Below, piece by piece: positions 49,198 through 63,064 of a stretch of DNA of 64,000 nucleotides. Both the position numbers and the translations under genes were made by a program. Under the pieces are notes generated by a model. It saw nothing but the letters and a program-made list of their open reading frames with translations. It searched no databases and had not been told where the DNA came from. The stretch comes from Camelus ferus (taxonomy: Eukaryota): NCBI RefSeq assembly GCF_009834535.1, contig NC_045696.1, positions 99,512,001 to 99,576,000 on the forward strand, in the 5' to 3' direction. The stretch's first letter is position 1. Every line of letters begins with the position of its first letter.

Positions 49198-51884
49198 AAA
49201 AATTAGTTGTGCTTCTGTACACTAACAGAAAACTATTAGAAAACAATAACATTTACAATTGCATCAAAAAGAATAAAATATCTAGGAATAAACTTAACCA
49301 AGGAGGTGAAAGATCTGTACATGAAAATATAAGACACTGATAAAAGAAATTCAAGATGACACATATGAAAAGATATCCTATCCTTGTAGACAGGGAGAAT
49401 ATCATTAAAATGTTCATACTACCCAAAGAAATCTACAAATTAAATGCAATCTCTATCAAAATTTCAATGGCATTTTTTCACGGATAATGGAACAATCTTA
49501 AAATGGAAAAACACAAAAGTCTTTATATAGCCAAAGCAATCTTGAGAAAGAACAAAGCTGGAGGCATCACATTCTGTAAGTTCGAACTATATTACAAGGC
49601 AATAGCAAACAATGGGATATGGCATTGGCATAAAAACAGACACATAAATAAAAGGAACAGAATAGAGAACCCAGAAATAAACCCATGCTCAAATGGTCAA
49701 CTAATCTACAATGAAGGAGCCAAGAGTATACAACGGGAAAAACCTCATGTCTTTAGTAAATGGCTTTGGGAAATCTGGACAGTCATATGCAAAAGAATAA
49801 AAACTGGACTCCCATGTTATACCAGACACAAATATCAACTCAAAATTTAAGACCTGAACATAAGACCTTAAACTATTTAACTCCTAGAAGAAAACATGGG
49901 TGCTAAGCTCTTTGATAACTGGTTTTGGCAATGATTTTTTTGGATTTGACTCCAAAAGCTATGGTAGGAAAAGCAAAAAAAAAAAAAAAAAAAAAAGTAG
50001 TACTGTATCAAATCAAATAGCTGCTGCACAGCAAAGTAAACCATTAACAAAATAAAAAGGCAACCTATGGAATGGGAGACAATATTCATAAATCATATAT
50101 CTGATAAGGGGGTAATATCCAATATTTATAAAGAATTCATACAACTCAATGGCAAAAGAAACCAAACAATTTGATTAAAAAATGGGCAGAGGATCCAAAT
50201 AGACATTTTTTTCCAAAGAAGACATACAAAGTTCCAACAGGTACATGAAAAGATGTTCAACAGCACTAATTAACAGAAAAAGGCAAATCAAAACCACAAT
50301 GAGATGTCATCTAACACCTGTTTGAACGGCTATCATCAAAGAGACAAGATAACAAGTGTTGGCGAGGATGTGGAGTAAAGGAAACTATTGTGCACTATTG
50401 GTGGGAATTTAAATTGATGTAGCCACAGTGCAAAACAATGTGGAAGTTAAAAATAGAATTACCATATTACCCAGCAATCCCACTTCTGGATATATATCCA
50501 AAGGAAATGAAATCAGTATCATGAAGAGATAACGGCAGTCCATATTTGTTGCAGTATTATTCATAACAGCCAAGATATGGAAACAACTTAAGTGCCTGTC
50601 AACAGATGATGGATAAAGATGATGTAATATGTGTGTGTACACACATATATATATGTATATATACCATATGTTCTCTATACACAATGGAATATTATTCAGG
50701 TATGAGAAAGAAATTCTGTCATTTGCAACGACATGGATGGACCTTGAGTACATTGTGCTAAGTGAAATAAGTCAGACAGAGAGACAATACTGTAAGGCAT
50801 GACTTATTTATAGTATCTTAAAAAAGTCAAACTCCTAGAGTATAAAAGTTGTTGCAGAGGGTTAGGGGAATTGGGAGAGGCTAGTAAAAGGGTACAAACT
50901 TTCAGCTGTAAGATGGATATGGTCTGAGGGTCTAATGTAAAACATGATTAGTGCAGTTGATAAACTCTATCATATAATTTTTTTTTTAAGTAGAGCTTAA
51001 ATGTTTTCACCAAAAAAGAAAAGATAAAAATATGTGATGGATGTGTTAATTGACTAGATTGTGAGAATCTTTCACAAGGTATATGTGTATCAAATCACCA
51101 CAATGTATAGCTGAAATATCTTATAATTTTGTCAATATACAACAATAAAGCGGAATAATGTTTATTATACATCAAACACATTTTTAACACTAATAATCAC
51201 TAAGCTTTAATCAAAGTTATTTTCATTATGATGCTAAGGATTTCGTTTAACCTCCCATGATTTCACACTAAAAAAGGCCTCTCTGGTTAATGATATGAGA
51301 ATTAGTTCCCATATGCCTGAGGCTGTCACTCAATCTATATTTTCCTGAACGGAATATCTAATATTCAGAAACTCTTACCAAGAATAATAGATTTGGGTAT
51401 AGTTTACCACTGTAGTCCTATTTTATTTTAAATATTCCTATACATTTTATGATATGACAACCATTCTTGGATTTATTAAATAGGAACCAAAAGGCTGTAC
51501 ACTTTTCAACATGCATGTGTGAAATATATCATATATTTGAACAATGTTTAGAGAGCTTACAGTCATTCTGGACAGAAAATTCAATAAGCTAGTTAAAATC
51601 ACGTATCAGATCTTTATCTTAGAAATGACTAAAAGAACATTTTAGAGCATACTTTTAAGAAGCAGCCACTCTGCTTAACAATATTGAGGATAGAGTCATA
51701 CTTTGGCTCTAGCTATCCAAGGGTTTTGAATACACTTAACTTTTTACTTGTTTATTGGAAAGCCACTAATGTGAAACATTTAATTTTTAAACAATCAGAA
51801 AAGAGGCAGATCAAAGATTCAAATAAACCCATTCAACTGCATGATCCTAATTCCAGTTCATCATCTAATTTAGCCAGATAATCT

Positions 51885-51985
51885 CATACAGGTCACTCTA
51901 TCTGGATGCAGTTTCTTTATTTGCAAATGATAGATTTGGATCAGATGCTCTAAGGATCCATTTAATTCTAAAATCCCATAGTTAG
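51885..51985 (+). mobile_element. MIR3/MIR core fragment
   Basis: CAGTTTCTTTATTTGCAAATGA...TTGGATCAGATGCTCTAAGG...TTCTAAAATCC. Confidence 0.6.
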
Positions 51986-52359
51986 AAGTACATCTTTTAA
52001 GAAAAAGTGTATTTTAGAAATTTATGTGTATTTTGCTTTTTACCATTAATTTTCTTCTCCTTGCATTACTGTGTCCTACTATAAAGTTTTCAGAAACTAT
52101 ATGTATTCTCTTTTAATTTTGAAGAACATGGCCACCACTATCTCAAATAATACCACAGAATGCAACTGTGTTCATCCTGATCTTACTGGAGAAGTATTTC
52201 ATGAGTGCCCTACTAATAAAGACAAGATCATGATTTTCATTTTTGTTCCATTATTTCACATTTTAATATTGAATCAACTGTTCCATATCACTTCTGATAT
52301 CTGAACATAGTGATCATTAGGTTGAGTGTGGGTAGTTTATATGTGTCATTAAGTAACAA

Positions 52360-53390
52360 TAACCGTACTTTCCATTTAGAAAAGTCCCTCAATTTGGGTT
52401 GGTCTGATGTTTCACTATGGTTAGTTTCAGGTTATATATTTTTGGCAGAAATACCACAGAAGCGATTCTGAGCTCTTTCTAGTGTACCATGCCAGGAGGC
52501 TTCTGGTGTTGGTTTGTCCTATTATTGGTGATGTAAATTTTGATTACTTGACTGTATCCAAGCTATGCATCCACATTAAAAGTTGCTATATTTCCTTTTT
52601 AGGTAATAACTAATTCATGGAAGAATATTTTGCAATACGTAAATATCCTTACCAAACCTTTTCACTTGTTTTAGCCGTCATTGATTTCCGGCTAAATCAG
52701 TAGTTTTTTCATGATGGTTGCAAAATGATGATTTTCTAACTTACTATTCTTTTTCCCATTTATATATTAGTTTACTTATATTAGTATAGATTCATAAATT
52801 TTATTTCATGAATGATCTGTTACTCCCATTTTTCATTTTCATGAAACTGTCCCAGTTTTCCCAGTGAGAACCACTTCAAGCTGGCTTCAGTGTCCCTTTG
52901 ACACCGTCTCATGTTATTTAGCAATTCCTTGCTTTACATCACAGCAAGATGCTCCAGGCTTATTTCATACCTTCTCTGCTGTTAACTCTGGACTCAGCCA
53001 CTTCCCCAAGGAGCCCCAGCTTCCTTTGGTAGCATATGGTATACAGCAACCAATATCTAAGAACCAGGTATGCTCATTGCAATACGGGTAACTTTACTTC
53101 TAGGCCTTTCAGTAGAAAGAGCTACTAAATATGCATATATTTACATCTTCCCCTCTCTAGCTATAATTTTATTTCTATTTCTCTATATTAAAAATATGCA
53201 TTCATAGTGCTACCTTCAATTTTAATTCATTATAGCAGAGTTCGTTCTTGTCTCCCCCCTTTTCATATTTCTAACTCCTTTCTTCACAGGCAGAAATATG
53301 GCTTTCATTATTCCCAATATATTTACTCACATGCCCCCTCCTAAAATCCACAGATAGTAATTTTAGAATTGCTAACCCATACTACTGTCA
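52360..53390 (-). mobile_element. L1MC4/5-like 3'UTR
   Basis: AATTTGGGTTGGTCTGATGTTTC...TTTTTGGCAGAAATACCACAGAAG and CAAGCTGGCTTCAGTGTCCCTTTGACA...GATGCTCCAGGCT. Confidence 0.7.
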
Positions 53391-54479
53391 ACTGGTCTCC
53401 TTTTAAATCCTAACCCCACAGTGATCTTTAATTCAAAGAATCGCAGGAAATTAGACATGCAGTAGAATCCTTTCTCTCACTATAATAAATGTGTACAAAA
53501 TCTGCCCATTCATACTTCTTTTTCATTGCTAAGAATCACCTCGGAAAAGGTCCCATTTGATTTAGGAAAAGGACGTATGTATTTGTTATCTGTGTTCAGG
53601 TATGTCTGTTTCATTTTGTTAGGCAATGACAGTTGCTACGTAACTATTATTAAACACATCAGTGACACTTTTTTGGTCATATGTAGGAAATAACTAAATA
53701 GTATTCCAAGCTTACAATTCATCAGCTACAAGCATAACACATATGCCTGGGCAATACTGTATATCCTGAATGCCAACACAGCTCATGTGTCTTTCTCAAT
53801 TGTTGCATGTATTTTTTGAAAACCTAATTTAGATTAAACCTTTATTATGTTGGAAGGCAGAGAGGGAAGGGAGCCTTAGTTATTATTTAAACCTGATAGC
53901 TATGAATTTAAATACTAATCTCTAGACAGGTGCTCTTCCCTTACCTACAAATAAAAGCTAATATTTCACTAATGTACCAAACAGGCAATGGTCACAGCCT
54001 AGGACTCCATCTATTAAGCTATTACATGGCCCTGGCATACTCCCTACACAAAACTCAACACAACAGTGACCCTTTATTGGGAAACCATTTCTCTGTGACA
54101 TCTCAGCTGTCCCTCACTATAACTGGGTTAAACAATTCACAAAATAAGTGCCTATGTCCCCTGAAGCATACGTTCTTCCTTCAGATCAGCCTACAGCTAG
54201 CTTTTATTTCACTCAATGAGTTGTTCACTTCCAGGTGCTATGGAACTGAAATTACAATGGCCAACAGAATTGCCTGCATAAAGTATCAAATCCTATTTCA
54301 TATGGGGCCATACCACAAAATAGGGGCAGCTTCATTAAGAGGACAGAACTCACATATTTGGACAAGTAACATTTAAAATCATTCTTAAGCAAATGTTGCA
54401 GCTGAGTTCAAGTAGACAAAGATTTTTATGACTGATAAGAGGGACTACTGTGGATAAAGACCGAGAGGTGAAAATCCAA

Positions 54480-55130
54480 TCGAATTTCTGAATTTGTATT
54501 TCCCTCAGGCAGTACAAACTCAGTATGTCCCAAACTGAATGGATTCTTTCCCCCTGAACTCTAAGCCTGTTTCTCCTCTAGTTGCCTATGTCTGTGAATC
54601 CAACATCTTCTGTGAGGTCTATGTCAGCAAACTAGATGTCATCCTAGTCAAAATAATTTTATTCCTGTTACCTGTTATCTATTATCCAGACATCCAGGTC
54701 AATTAGATAGTCTGAAGGAAAAAAACCTTTTTTTTCTTGGCATGACTCTACAAATATATCCATGTTTTCTCTCCAGCCTCACCTCTCAATAGTACTTTCT
54801 CTGCTTGGTCTATACTGAACTATTTAGAGCCCTGACCTGTTTCATACATTCTCTCCATTTCCAACCTTTGCAGCTGATTCTGTTTGATTTTCAAGACTAA
54901 GCTCATGCATTAACACCTGTGAGAAGCATGTCCTTCCTCTCCACTAGCTCATTTTGATTCATTACATTCTAAGTACATTCTAAAGCACTTTTTTCATTAC
55001 TTCTTGGGCTTCACATCTGTCCTGTGAATATCTGCATGTCTTACTTGTCTTAGCATCTCCTGGGAAGCTGGTATAGGATAGACATTGACTAAAGGCTTAT
55101 CCAAAAAAAAAAAAAAATGCATGAACTAGA
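54480..55130 (+). mobile_element. L2 fragment
   Basis: CAAACTCAGTATGTCCCAAACTGAA...TCCAGCCTCACCTCTC...TTCAAGACTAAGCTCA. Confidence 0.65.
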
Positions 55131-55199
55131 TGTTGCAAGGAGAATAAATAGTTGAGGGTGTTTGGAGTCCAGGAATTGTGCTAGGCAAGTTACAAAGGG

Positions 55200-55480
55200 G
55201 CTCTACATGTGAAGGGATTGTGTAGAGTGAGGATTGTGCAGAGTCGGGATTTTACACTGCAGACTGTAAGGAGTCATTGAGGTTTTTATGGAAGAAAACT
55301 GACTTAATAAAAGCAGTGCTTTTGGAAGATGAACAATAGCAAAATAGCAATGCCTGAAGGAAAGGGGACTACTTCTGGGAGACTGGCCAGGAGGCCAGGT
55401 CAATCACTTAAATGCAAGCTAACAAAGGCATGAGATGTGGTGGTAGTAGGGATCGAAAAGCTAGGTACATTTATAAAGTA
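55200..55480 (-). mobile_element. L2 fragment
   Basis: GGAGTCATTGAGGTTTTTA...TTTGGAAGATGAA. Confidence 0.45.
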
Positions 55481-55549
55481 AACAAAGAGATTTTTAGTAT
55501 TCATTAAAACTTGAAAAGAAAAAAAAAATAAACTGGAAAATGTTTTCTT

Positions 55550-56645
55550 TGTGTATATTTGCCAAAAGTCTTTCACAAAACTGAAAGGCAGTCATACAAA
55601 TTAGAAAAACAATGTGTGCAAATGGACAAAACAGATGAGAAAAGAACTCATAGAAAAGGAATAGTAAACACAGGAAAACAATTCAACCTTATTAGTAATC
55701 CAAATAATAAAAATCCTGACAGTTCCTTGGCCATAATTCTAAAACATGGCAAATAACAAAGCAGAACTGAGGTTAAACTCATCTTAGTTGCTCAGTGACA
55801 CTGCATTGGTAGCCATGCCTCTAGGAAGTCATACGATAGGTGACAGTGGCACACGTTTGAGAGATAGCCAACCAACAACAGCCACACTCCTGTCACCTGT
55901 CACCATGGCAGAAAGTCATCTAATCCCTAACCCTCTCATTTCTGAAAGTCCTTCAGTTCCTTAACTCCACTCCACACTTCTCAGAGCTGAATGTGTAAGA
56001 TCAGCTCTGAGACACTGGGACTTACATCACACCCATGCATAAGCAAGCAATGAGCCAGCTTCTTTTAATTTTAAATAAGTGTTTTCTTTCATTGGGTGAG
56101 AAATTCTCTAATGCACTTCAGGTGAGAGGGTAAACTCAGTTTTTTTGTAAAGAGATTTAGTAACAATTCATTAAGAGATTTTAAAAGTTTGAATTCTTTA
56201 CCCAATAGTTTTATTCGAAGAGAATCTCTTAAGAAAACAATCAGAAATGAATTTTCTGACTATAGGGATATTCATTGCTAGATTATCTATATTAGTGAAT
56301 ATTTTTAAATGGCTTCAATGACCAATAATAAGAAAATGGTTGAATAAATTCCAGAATATTATTTGAATGAGATATTATATAGACATTAAACAATGTTTTC
56401 AAAGAATTTTTAATAACATTGGACCATGCTCATGTAATAAATGATAAGTAAGTAACTGGAGAGGATGTAAAGACGTTCGTGATCCTAGATGTGGATATAT
56501 ATGACTCTGTAAAATATCCCAAGATTTCCATGGTTATCTTTCCTTGGTGGAATTATACATTAACTTTTATCTTACTAATCCTATATATTTTCCAAATCTT
56601 ATTAAAAAAGGTATATACTTAATATCATAAAAATACTTATTTAAA
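55550..56645 (+). mobile_element. Very old L1ME-like 3' end, interrupted at ~55765-56090
   Basis: AAATGGACAAAACAGATGA...TTCAACCTTATTAGTAATC and GGATATTCATTGC...AAATGGTTGAATAAATT. Confidence 0.6.
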
Positions 56646-56656
56646 AAGATTAGAGA

Positions 56657-59600
56657 CAATTCTTATTTTTAAAGGTTCTGGTTTCTGGTTCCTCACGTAA
56701 GTAACTTAGAAGTTGCCACTCCATTCTAACAAGTAAAAAAAAGCTAAACAGGTCAAAAAGTTAACAACTCTTCTCGGATCCATAAGAGAGGACAGAACAC
56801 AGAGGAAACCACTGTCTCTAAGACTGGAGAAACAGACAAGAGAATACAGGGAGTCACAACTTACCAGAGCAGAGATTCATGATTGGAACTGCCACTGGAA
56901 CAGAGGCCAGGGTAGGAAAAAAAGAATCATAATTGATGAATTTCTGGAGGCAACTCTGAAAGTTAAAAACTCCAAGGGGATCCAGTCACAGAGGGCACCC
57001 ACCAAACTGAGATTGACCTCCAGGAGTCTGACCAAATTCCTCCAGGATATATGGGAGAGAAATCCCCTTGGTCTTCCTTCAAGGGGAGAGGAAAAGGAAC
57101 CATTGTGAAATGTATCAGAGCACTGAGAGAAAAGTCTGTGTTCTTCTTAAGGCCTATCCTCAGGGAAAACTAGTTACCCTAATGGTGTATTAGAGTCTAA
57201 CTGGCCTGAGGAAGGGAAATACCCAGCTCCAGCTGACTCTAATCTTCCATGTGGGAGAAGTGAAACACCCAATGTCAGCCCAGTCTAGCCTTCCTGTCCC
57301 ACCTAAAGAAAAAGGAAAAAAACTTAGAAACACTTGTGAATTTCACAGTCCAGATGCATCTCACTAAAACACTGAGACTTAACCATAGGACTACAGAATA
57401 CTTCCCCTCCCCCACATCTCACCACCTCCTTATTAAGGCCTATTTACAGCGGTTCCTTTTACCTTTTACATCGTGTTCAACTATAGAGAAAATTTACAGG
57501 GCATACCAAAAGGCAAAAAACACAACTGAAGAGATAGAGTAAGCATCAGAAGTAGGCATGGCAGGGATGTTGGAATTACCAGACCAAGAATTTTTTAAAA
57601 ATCTATAATTAATATGCTAAGGGTTCTAATGTGTTAAGTAGATACCAGGAAAGAGCAGATGGGCAGTATACACAGAGAGATGGAACTCCTAAGAAATTAC
57701 CAAAAAGAAATGCTAGGGATCAAAAATACTGTGAAACAAATGAAAAAATGCCTTTGATGGATTTACTAGTAGACTAAACACAGCTGAGAAAAGAATCTCT
57801 GAGCTATAAAATTTATCAATAGAACCCTTGAAAACCAAAAAGCAGAGGACAAAGACAAAAAAAAGAACATAATATCCAAGACTGTGGGATAACTAAAAAA
57901 GGTGCAATATATGTGCAAAGAGAATATTAGAAGGAGAAGGGGAAAAAAAAGAACAGATAAAAATATTTGAAACAATAATGACTGAGAAGTTCCCCAGATT
58001 AATGTGAAACTTCAAATCACAGATTCAGGAATCTCAGCAAACACCAAGAAAAATAAATTCCAAAAAAATCACTCAACAATACTTAGACATATCACTTTCA
58101 AATTACAGAAAATCAAAGGTAAAGAAAAAAATCTTGAAAGAAGACAGAGGGAGGGGGAAAAACATTATATATAGAGGAGCAAAAATAAAGGTTACATCCA
58201 GCTTCTTCTCATAAATGATGCAAGCAGGTAGAGAGTGAATTAAAATATTTAAAAAGTGGAGGAAAAAAAAAAACCTCACCAAACCTAGAATTCTGTACTC
58301 TGTGAAATTACCCTTCAGAAAGTGAAGAAGTAAAGATTTCCTCAAACAAAAATTGAGGAAATTTGTTCCTAGTAGATCTGTCTTGCAAAAAATGTTAAAT
58401 GAAGTTCTTTAAAGAGAAAGAAAAAAATATAAATCAGAAACTCAGCTCTACATAAAGAAAGGAAGAGCAATGGAAAAAGAATAAAGTTAAAATTACAACT
58501 TTTCTTACTTTTAATTGATCTGACAGATAAAAGTTTGTTCAAAATAATCACAGCAAAATGTATTCAATTATGAATGCTTATTTATATATCATATGTATGC
58601 TTACATGTAAGTGAAATGAATGACAACAATACTAAAAGAAATGGGAGGAAAAAATAGGATTATTTTGTTATTATAAGGTACACTGCCTGTGAAGTGGTAT
58701 GGCGTTATTTGAAAGTAGACTTAGATTAGTTATAAATGTATACTTCAAATTCTGGAGCAGCCACTAAGAAAATTTTTTTTAAAGTACAAGTAATATGGTA
58801 AGAAAGGAGAGAAAGTAGAATCATATCAAATGCAGAATTAAAACCAGAAAAAAAAAGGCAGAAAAAAAGCAAAAGACAAAAATAGGAACAAAGAAGTGCA
58901 ACAAATAGAACCCAGTAATGAATATGATAGATATTAATTCAACTGTATCAATAATCACTTGCAATGCCATTGATACAAATGAACCAATTAAAAAACCGAG
59001 GAGGTCCAAGTAGATCAAAATACACAACCCAACTCTATGTTGTCTACAAGAAACTCACTTTATATATAAAAACACATGTACATAAATATAAGTGAATGGA
59101 GAAAAATATGTCATTCTAACATTGGTCAAAAGAAAGTAGGAGCAGCTATATTGATTTTAGACACAATAGAGTTCACAGCAAGGAAAGTTATTAGGGACAA
59201 ACAAGGGCATTGCATAATGATAGGGATCAAGTCTCCAAGAAGACATAATTTTTAACATGCGTTTGCTTAACAACATTGTCAAAACACATGAGGCAAAGAC
59301 TGAGAGAACTGTAAGGAAAAAAGATGAACCCACCATCATAGTTGGAGACTTCATCACCCTTCCTGGAAATAGATTCAGCAAGGCAGAATATCAGTAAAGA
59401 CATGGCTGAATTAAACAACACAATTAATCAACTAGATATAATTAACATCTATAGACTATTTCATCTAATAACTGCAGAATACACATTTTTCTCAAGTTTA
59501 CATGGAACATTTCTCAAGATAGACTACATTCTGGGATATAAAACTCATCTTGACAAATTTAAAAGAATAGAAACTATATAATGTCTGTTCTCAGACCACA

Positions 59601-62600
59601 ACGGAATTAAACTTGAACTCAATAACAGAAAAATAACTGAAAAAAATCCCAAACCATATGGTGATTAAACAACACACTTCTAAATAACACATGGGTTGAA
59701 AAAGAAATCACAAGGGAAGATTTTTAAATATTTTGATTAAATGAAAATAAAAACACAAGTTATTGAAATTTATGGGGTGCAGCAAAAGCAGTGCTTAGAA
59801 GAAAATTTATAGCATTGAATATATATTTCAGAAAAGAATATTTAAAATCAATAATCTAAGTTTACACCTTAGGAAACTAGAAAGAGAAGAACAAATTATA
59901 TCCAAAGTAAGCAGAAGAAAAGAAATAATAAGAATTAGAGCAGAAATCAGTGAAACTGAAAACTGAAACTCAATAGGGAAAGTCAACAAAACCAAAAGCT
60001 GATTCTTTGAAAGATCAATAAACTTGATAAACATCTAGCCAGGCTAGTTAAGAAAAAAGAGAGAGAATACAAATTACTAATACCAGAGATGAAGAGCAAA
60101 GTCTTTACTACAGAGTCTATGGAAATTAAACAAATAATATAGGAACAACATGAACAACTCTTTGCATATAAATTTGATAACCTAGATGAAAGGAAGTAAT
60201 TCTTCAAAAGATACAATCTGCCAAAAATCACACAAGAAGAAATATATGATCTGAATAGGCCTGTATCTATTTAAATAAATTGAATCAATAATTAATAACC
60301 TTCCAAAACAGAAAGCACCAGGACCAGATGGGTTTGTGAATGAATTTTACCAAACTTTTAAAGAAGACATTATCCCAACTTTCTACAATCTCTTTCAGAG
60401 GACAGAAGCAGAGGGAATATTTCCTAACTTATTCTACCAGGCCACATTGCTCTAATGCCCAAACAAAGACATTACAGTGAAGGAAAACTACAGACCAATA
60501 TCTCTCATAAACATAATGCAAAAATCCTCAAAATATTAGCAAATTTAATCCAAAAGAGTATAAAAAGAATAAAACACCACGACCAAGTGGAATTTATTCT
60601 AGATATGCAAGGCTGGTTCAACATTCAAAAATACAATCCATCACATCACAATAGACTACAAAAGAAAATTACATGATCATATCAACAGATGAAAGAAAAA
60701 GCATTTGATAAAATCCTAAACCTATTCATGATAAAAACTTTCAGTAAACTAGGAAGAGGGAAATTTCCTTAACTTGATAAAGAACATCTACAGAATACAT
60801 ACAGCAAATGTCATACGTAGTGGTGAGAAACCCAAAGCTTTCCCTTTAAGATAATGTAGAAGGCAAGAATGTCCCCTCTTACCATTCCTTTTTAACATTG
60901 TACTGAAAATCGTTGCTAATGCAGTAAGTCAGGAAAAGGACATAAAATGTATATAGAAATTGTGGAAAAGATATTAAACTGTCTTTTTTTGTAGATGACA
61001 TGACTGTCTACATAAAAAATCTAAAAGAATTGACAAAAACAATTCTGGAACTGATAAGTGATTATAGCAAGGTTGCAGGATATAGCAATTTTGCAGGATA
61101 TGCAAAATTCAATGGATTTCCTATATGCCATCAATGAATAAAAGGAATCTGAAATAAAAAAACACAGTACCATTTACATTAGCATCTTCCAAAATGAAAT
61201 GCTTTGATATAAAACTAATTAAATATGTATGTACATGATCTAGATGAGGAAAACTATAGAATTCCAATGAACACAATCAAAGGAGAATTAAATAAATAGA
61301 GAGATATTCCATGTTCATGGATAGGAAGCCTGAATATTATCAAGATGCCAATTCTTCCCAAATTTGATGTATAGATCCAATGCAATCCCAATCAAAATCC
61401 CAGCAAGTTATGTCATGGATATAAAAAAAATTGATTCTAAAGTTTATATGGAAAGGCAAAAGATTTAGAATAGCTAACACAATATTGAAGGAGAAGAATA
61501 CAGTTGGAGGACGAACACTACCTGATTTCAAGACTTGTTATAAAGATATAGTAATCAAGACAGTGTGGTATTGATCAAAAAATAGACAAACAGGTCAGTG
61601 AAACAGAATGGAGCCCAGAAATAGACTCCCATAAATACAGTCAATCGATCTTTGATAAAGGAGCAAAGGCAACACAGTACAAAAACAGTTTCTTCAATAA
61701 ATGGTGCTGGAACAACTGGGCAGCTACATGAAAAAAATGCATCTAGACACAGATATTTCATGCTTCACAAAAATTAACTTAAAGTGGATCACAGACCTAA
61801 ATGTAACATACAAAACAATAAAACTCCTACATGATAATATAGGAGAAAATTTAGATGACCTTGGGATGGCAATGCCTTTTTAGACACATCACCAAAGACA
61901 TGCTCCATTAAAAAAAATGTCTGATTTCATTAAAATTAAATACTTTTTTGAAAGACAATATCAAGAGAATTAGAAGACAAGCCACATACTGAGAAAACAT
62001 ATTTGCAAAAACATACCTGAAGTATTGTTATCCAAAATATACAAAGAACTCTTAAAACCCAGCGATACAAAACTGACCTGATTAGAAGTGGGCCAAAGAC
62101 ATTAACAGACACTTCACCAAAGAAAATATTCAGATGGCAAACAAGTATATGAAAAGATATTCTATGTAATATGTCATCAAGGGAATGCAATCTAAAACAA
62201 TAATGACATACCATACACGTCTATTAGAATGTTCAAAATCCAGAACACTGACAACATCAAAGACTTGTGAGGTTTTCAAGCAATAGGAACTCTCATTTCC
62301 GTGTGAATGAAAAATGGTACTGTACATTGGAAGACAGTTTGATGATTTCTTACCATACGAAACATACTCTTACCATGTGAACCAGCAATTGCATTCTTTG
62401 ATATGTACCCAAATGAGCTGAAATCATATGTCCACACAGAAAACTGCACACAGATGTTTACAGCAGCTTTATTCATTACTGCCAAAACTTGAGAGCAAAA
62501 AACACGTCCGTTAGTAGGTGAGTGGATAAACAGTGGTACTTCCAGACAATGGAATATTGTTCAGTGCTAAAAAGAAATGAGCTATCAAGCCATGAAAAGA

Positions 62601-63064
62601 CATGGAGGAAACTTAAACACATATTAATAAGTGAAATAAGCCAATCTGAAAGGGCTACACACTGTATAATTTCAGCTATACGACAGTCTGGAAAAAGCAA
62701 ACTTACAGGACAATACAAAGATCAGCGATTGCCAGAGGTGGGGCATGGGAGATGGAGAGAGATAGCAGAGCACAGAGGATTTTTAGGACAGTAAAATTAC
62801 TCTGTATGATACTATACTGATGAATATATGTCATTATATGTTACATATTATTCCAAATCCATGGAACCTTAAATACAAACTATGGACTTTGGTGACTATG
62901 ATGTATCACTATAGGCCACATCCCAAATGCAACACTGGTGAGTGATGTTGACAACGGGAGAGGCTATGCATGGATGGAGGCAGGGATAGATGGGGAATCT
63001 CTGTAACTTCCTCTGAATTTTGTTATAAACCTAAAACTGTTCTAAAAAATAACGTCTTAAAAAG
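56657..63064 (+). mobile_element. Near full-length ancient L1 (L1MC1/2-like), degenerate
   Basis: 5'UTR ~56675-57500, ORF1-like ~57560-58470, inter-ORF spacer, ORF2 from TGTCTACAAGAAACTCAC (~59041) through HHDQVEFI and the C-terminus, 3'UTR ending CCTAAAACTGTTCTAAAAAATAA; candidate TSD AAAAGATTAGAGA / AAAAGATTATAGA. Confidence 0.93.

Larger units (their letters stand above)
47520..51150 (+). mobile_element. 5'-truncated L1MA-type element (ORF2 plus 3'UTR) with a nested insertion
   Basis: ORF2 motifs CATGATCAAGTGG, ORF 49503-49850 (AKAILRKNKAGGIT...WHKNRHI); 3'UTR ending in AATAAAG at ~51150. Confidence 0.93.

Noticed and set aside
53930..54376. 148-aa ORF in unique DNA
   Set aside because: Non-ATG start, no recognisable domain and no consistent exon boundaries.
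61063..61101. 19-bp tandem duplication TATAGCAA..TTGCAGGA
   Set aside because: Ordinary slippage within a dead L1 ORF2.
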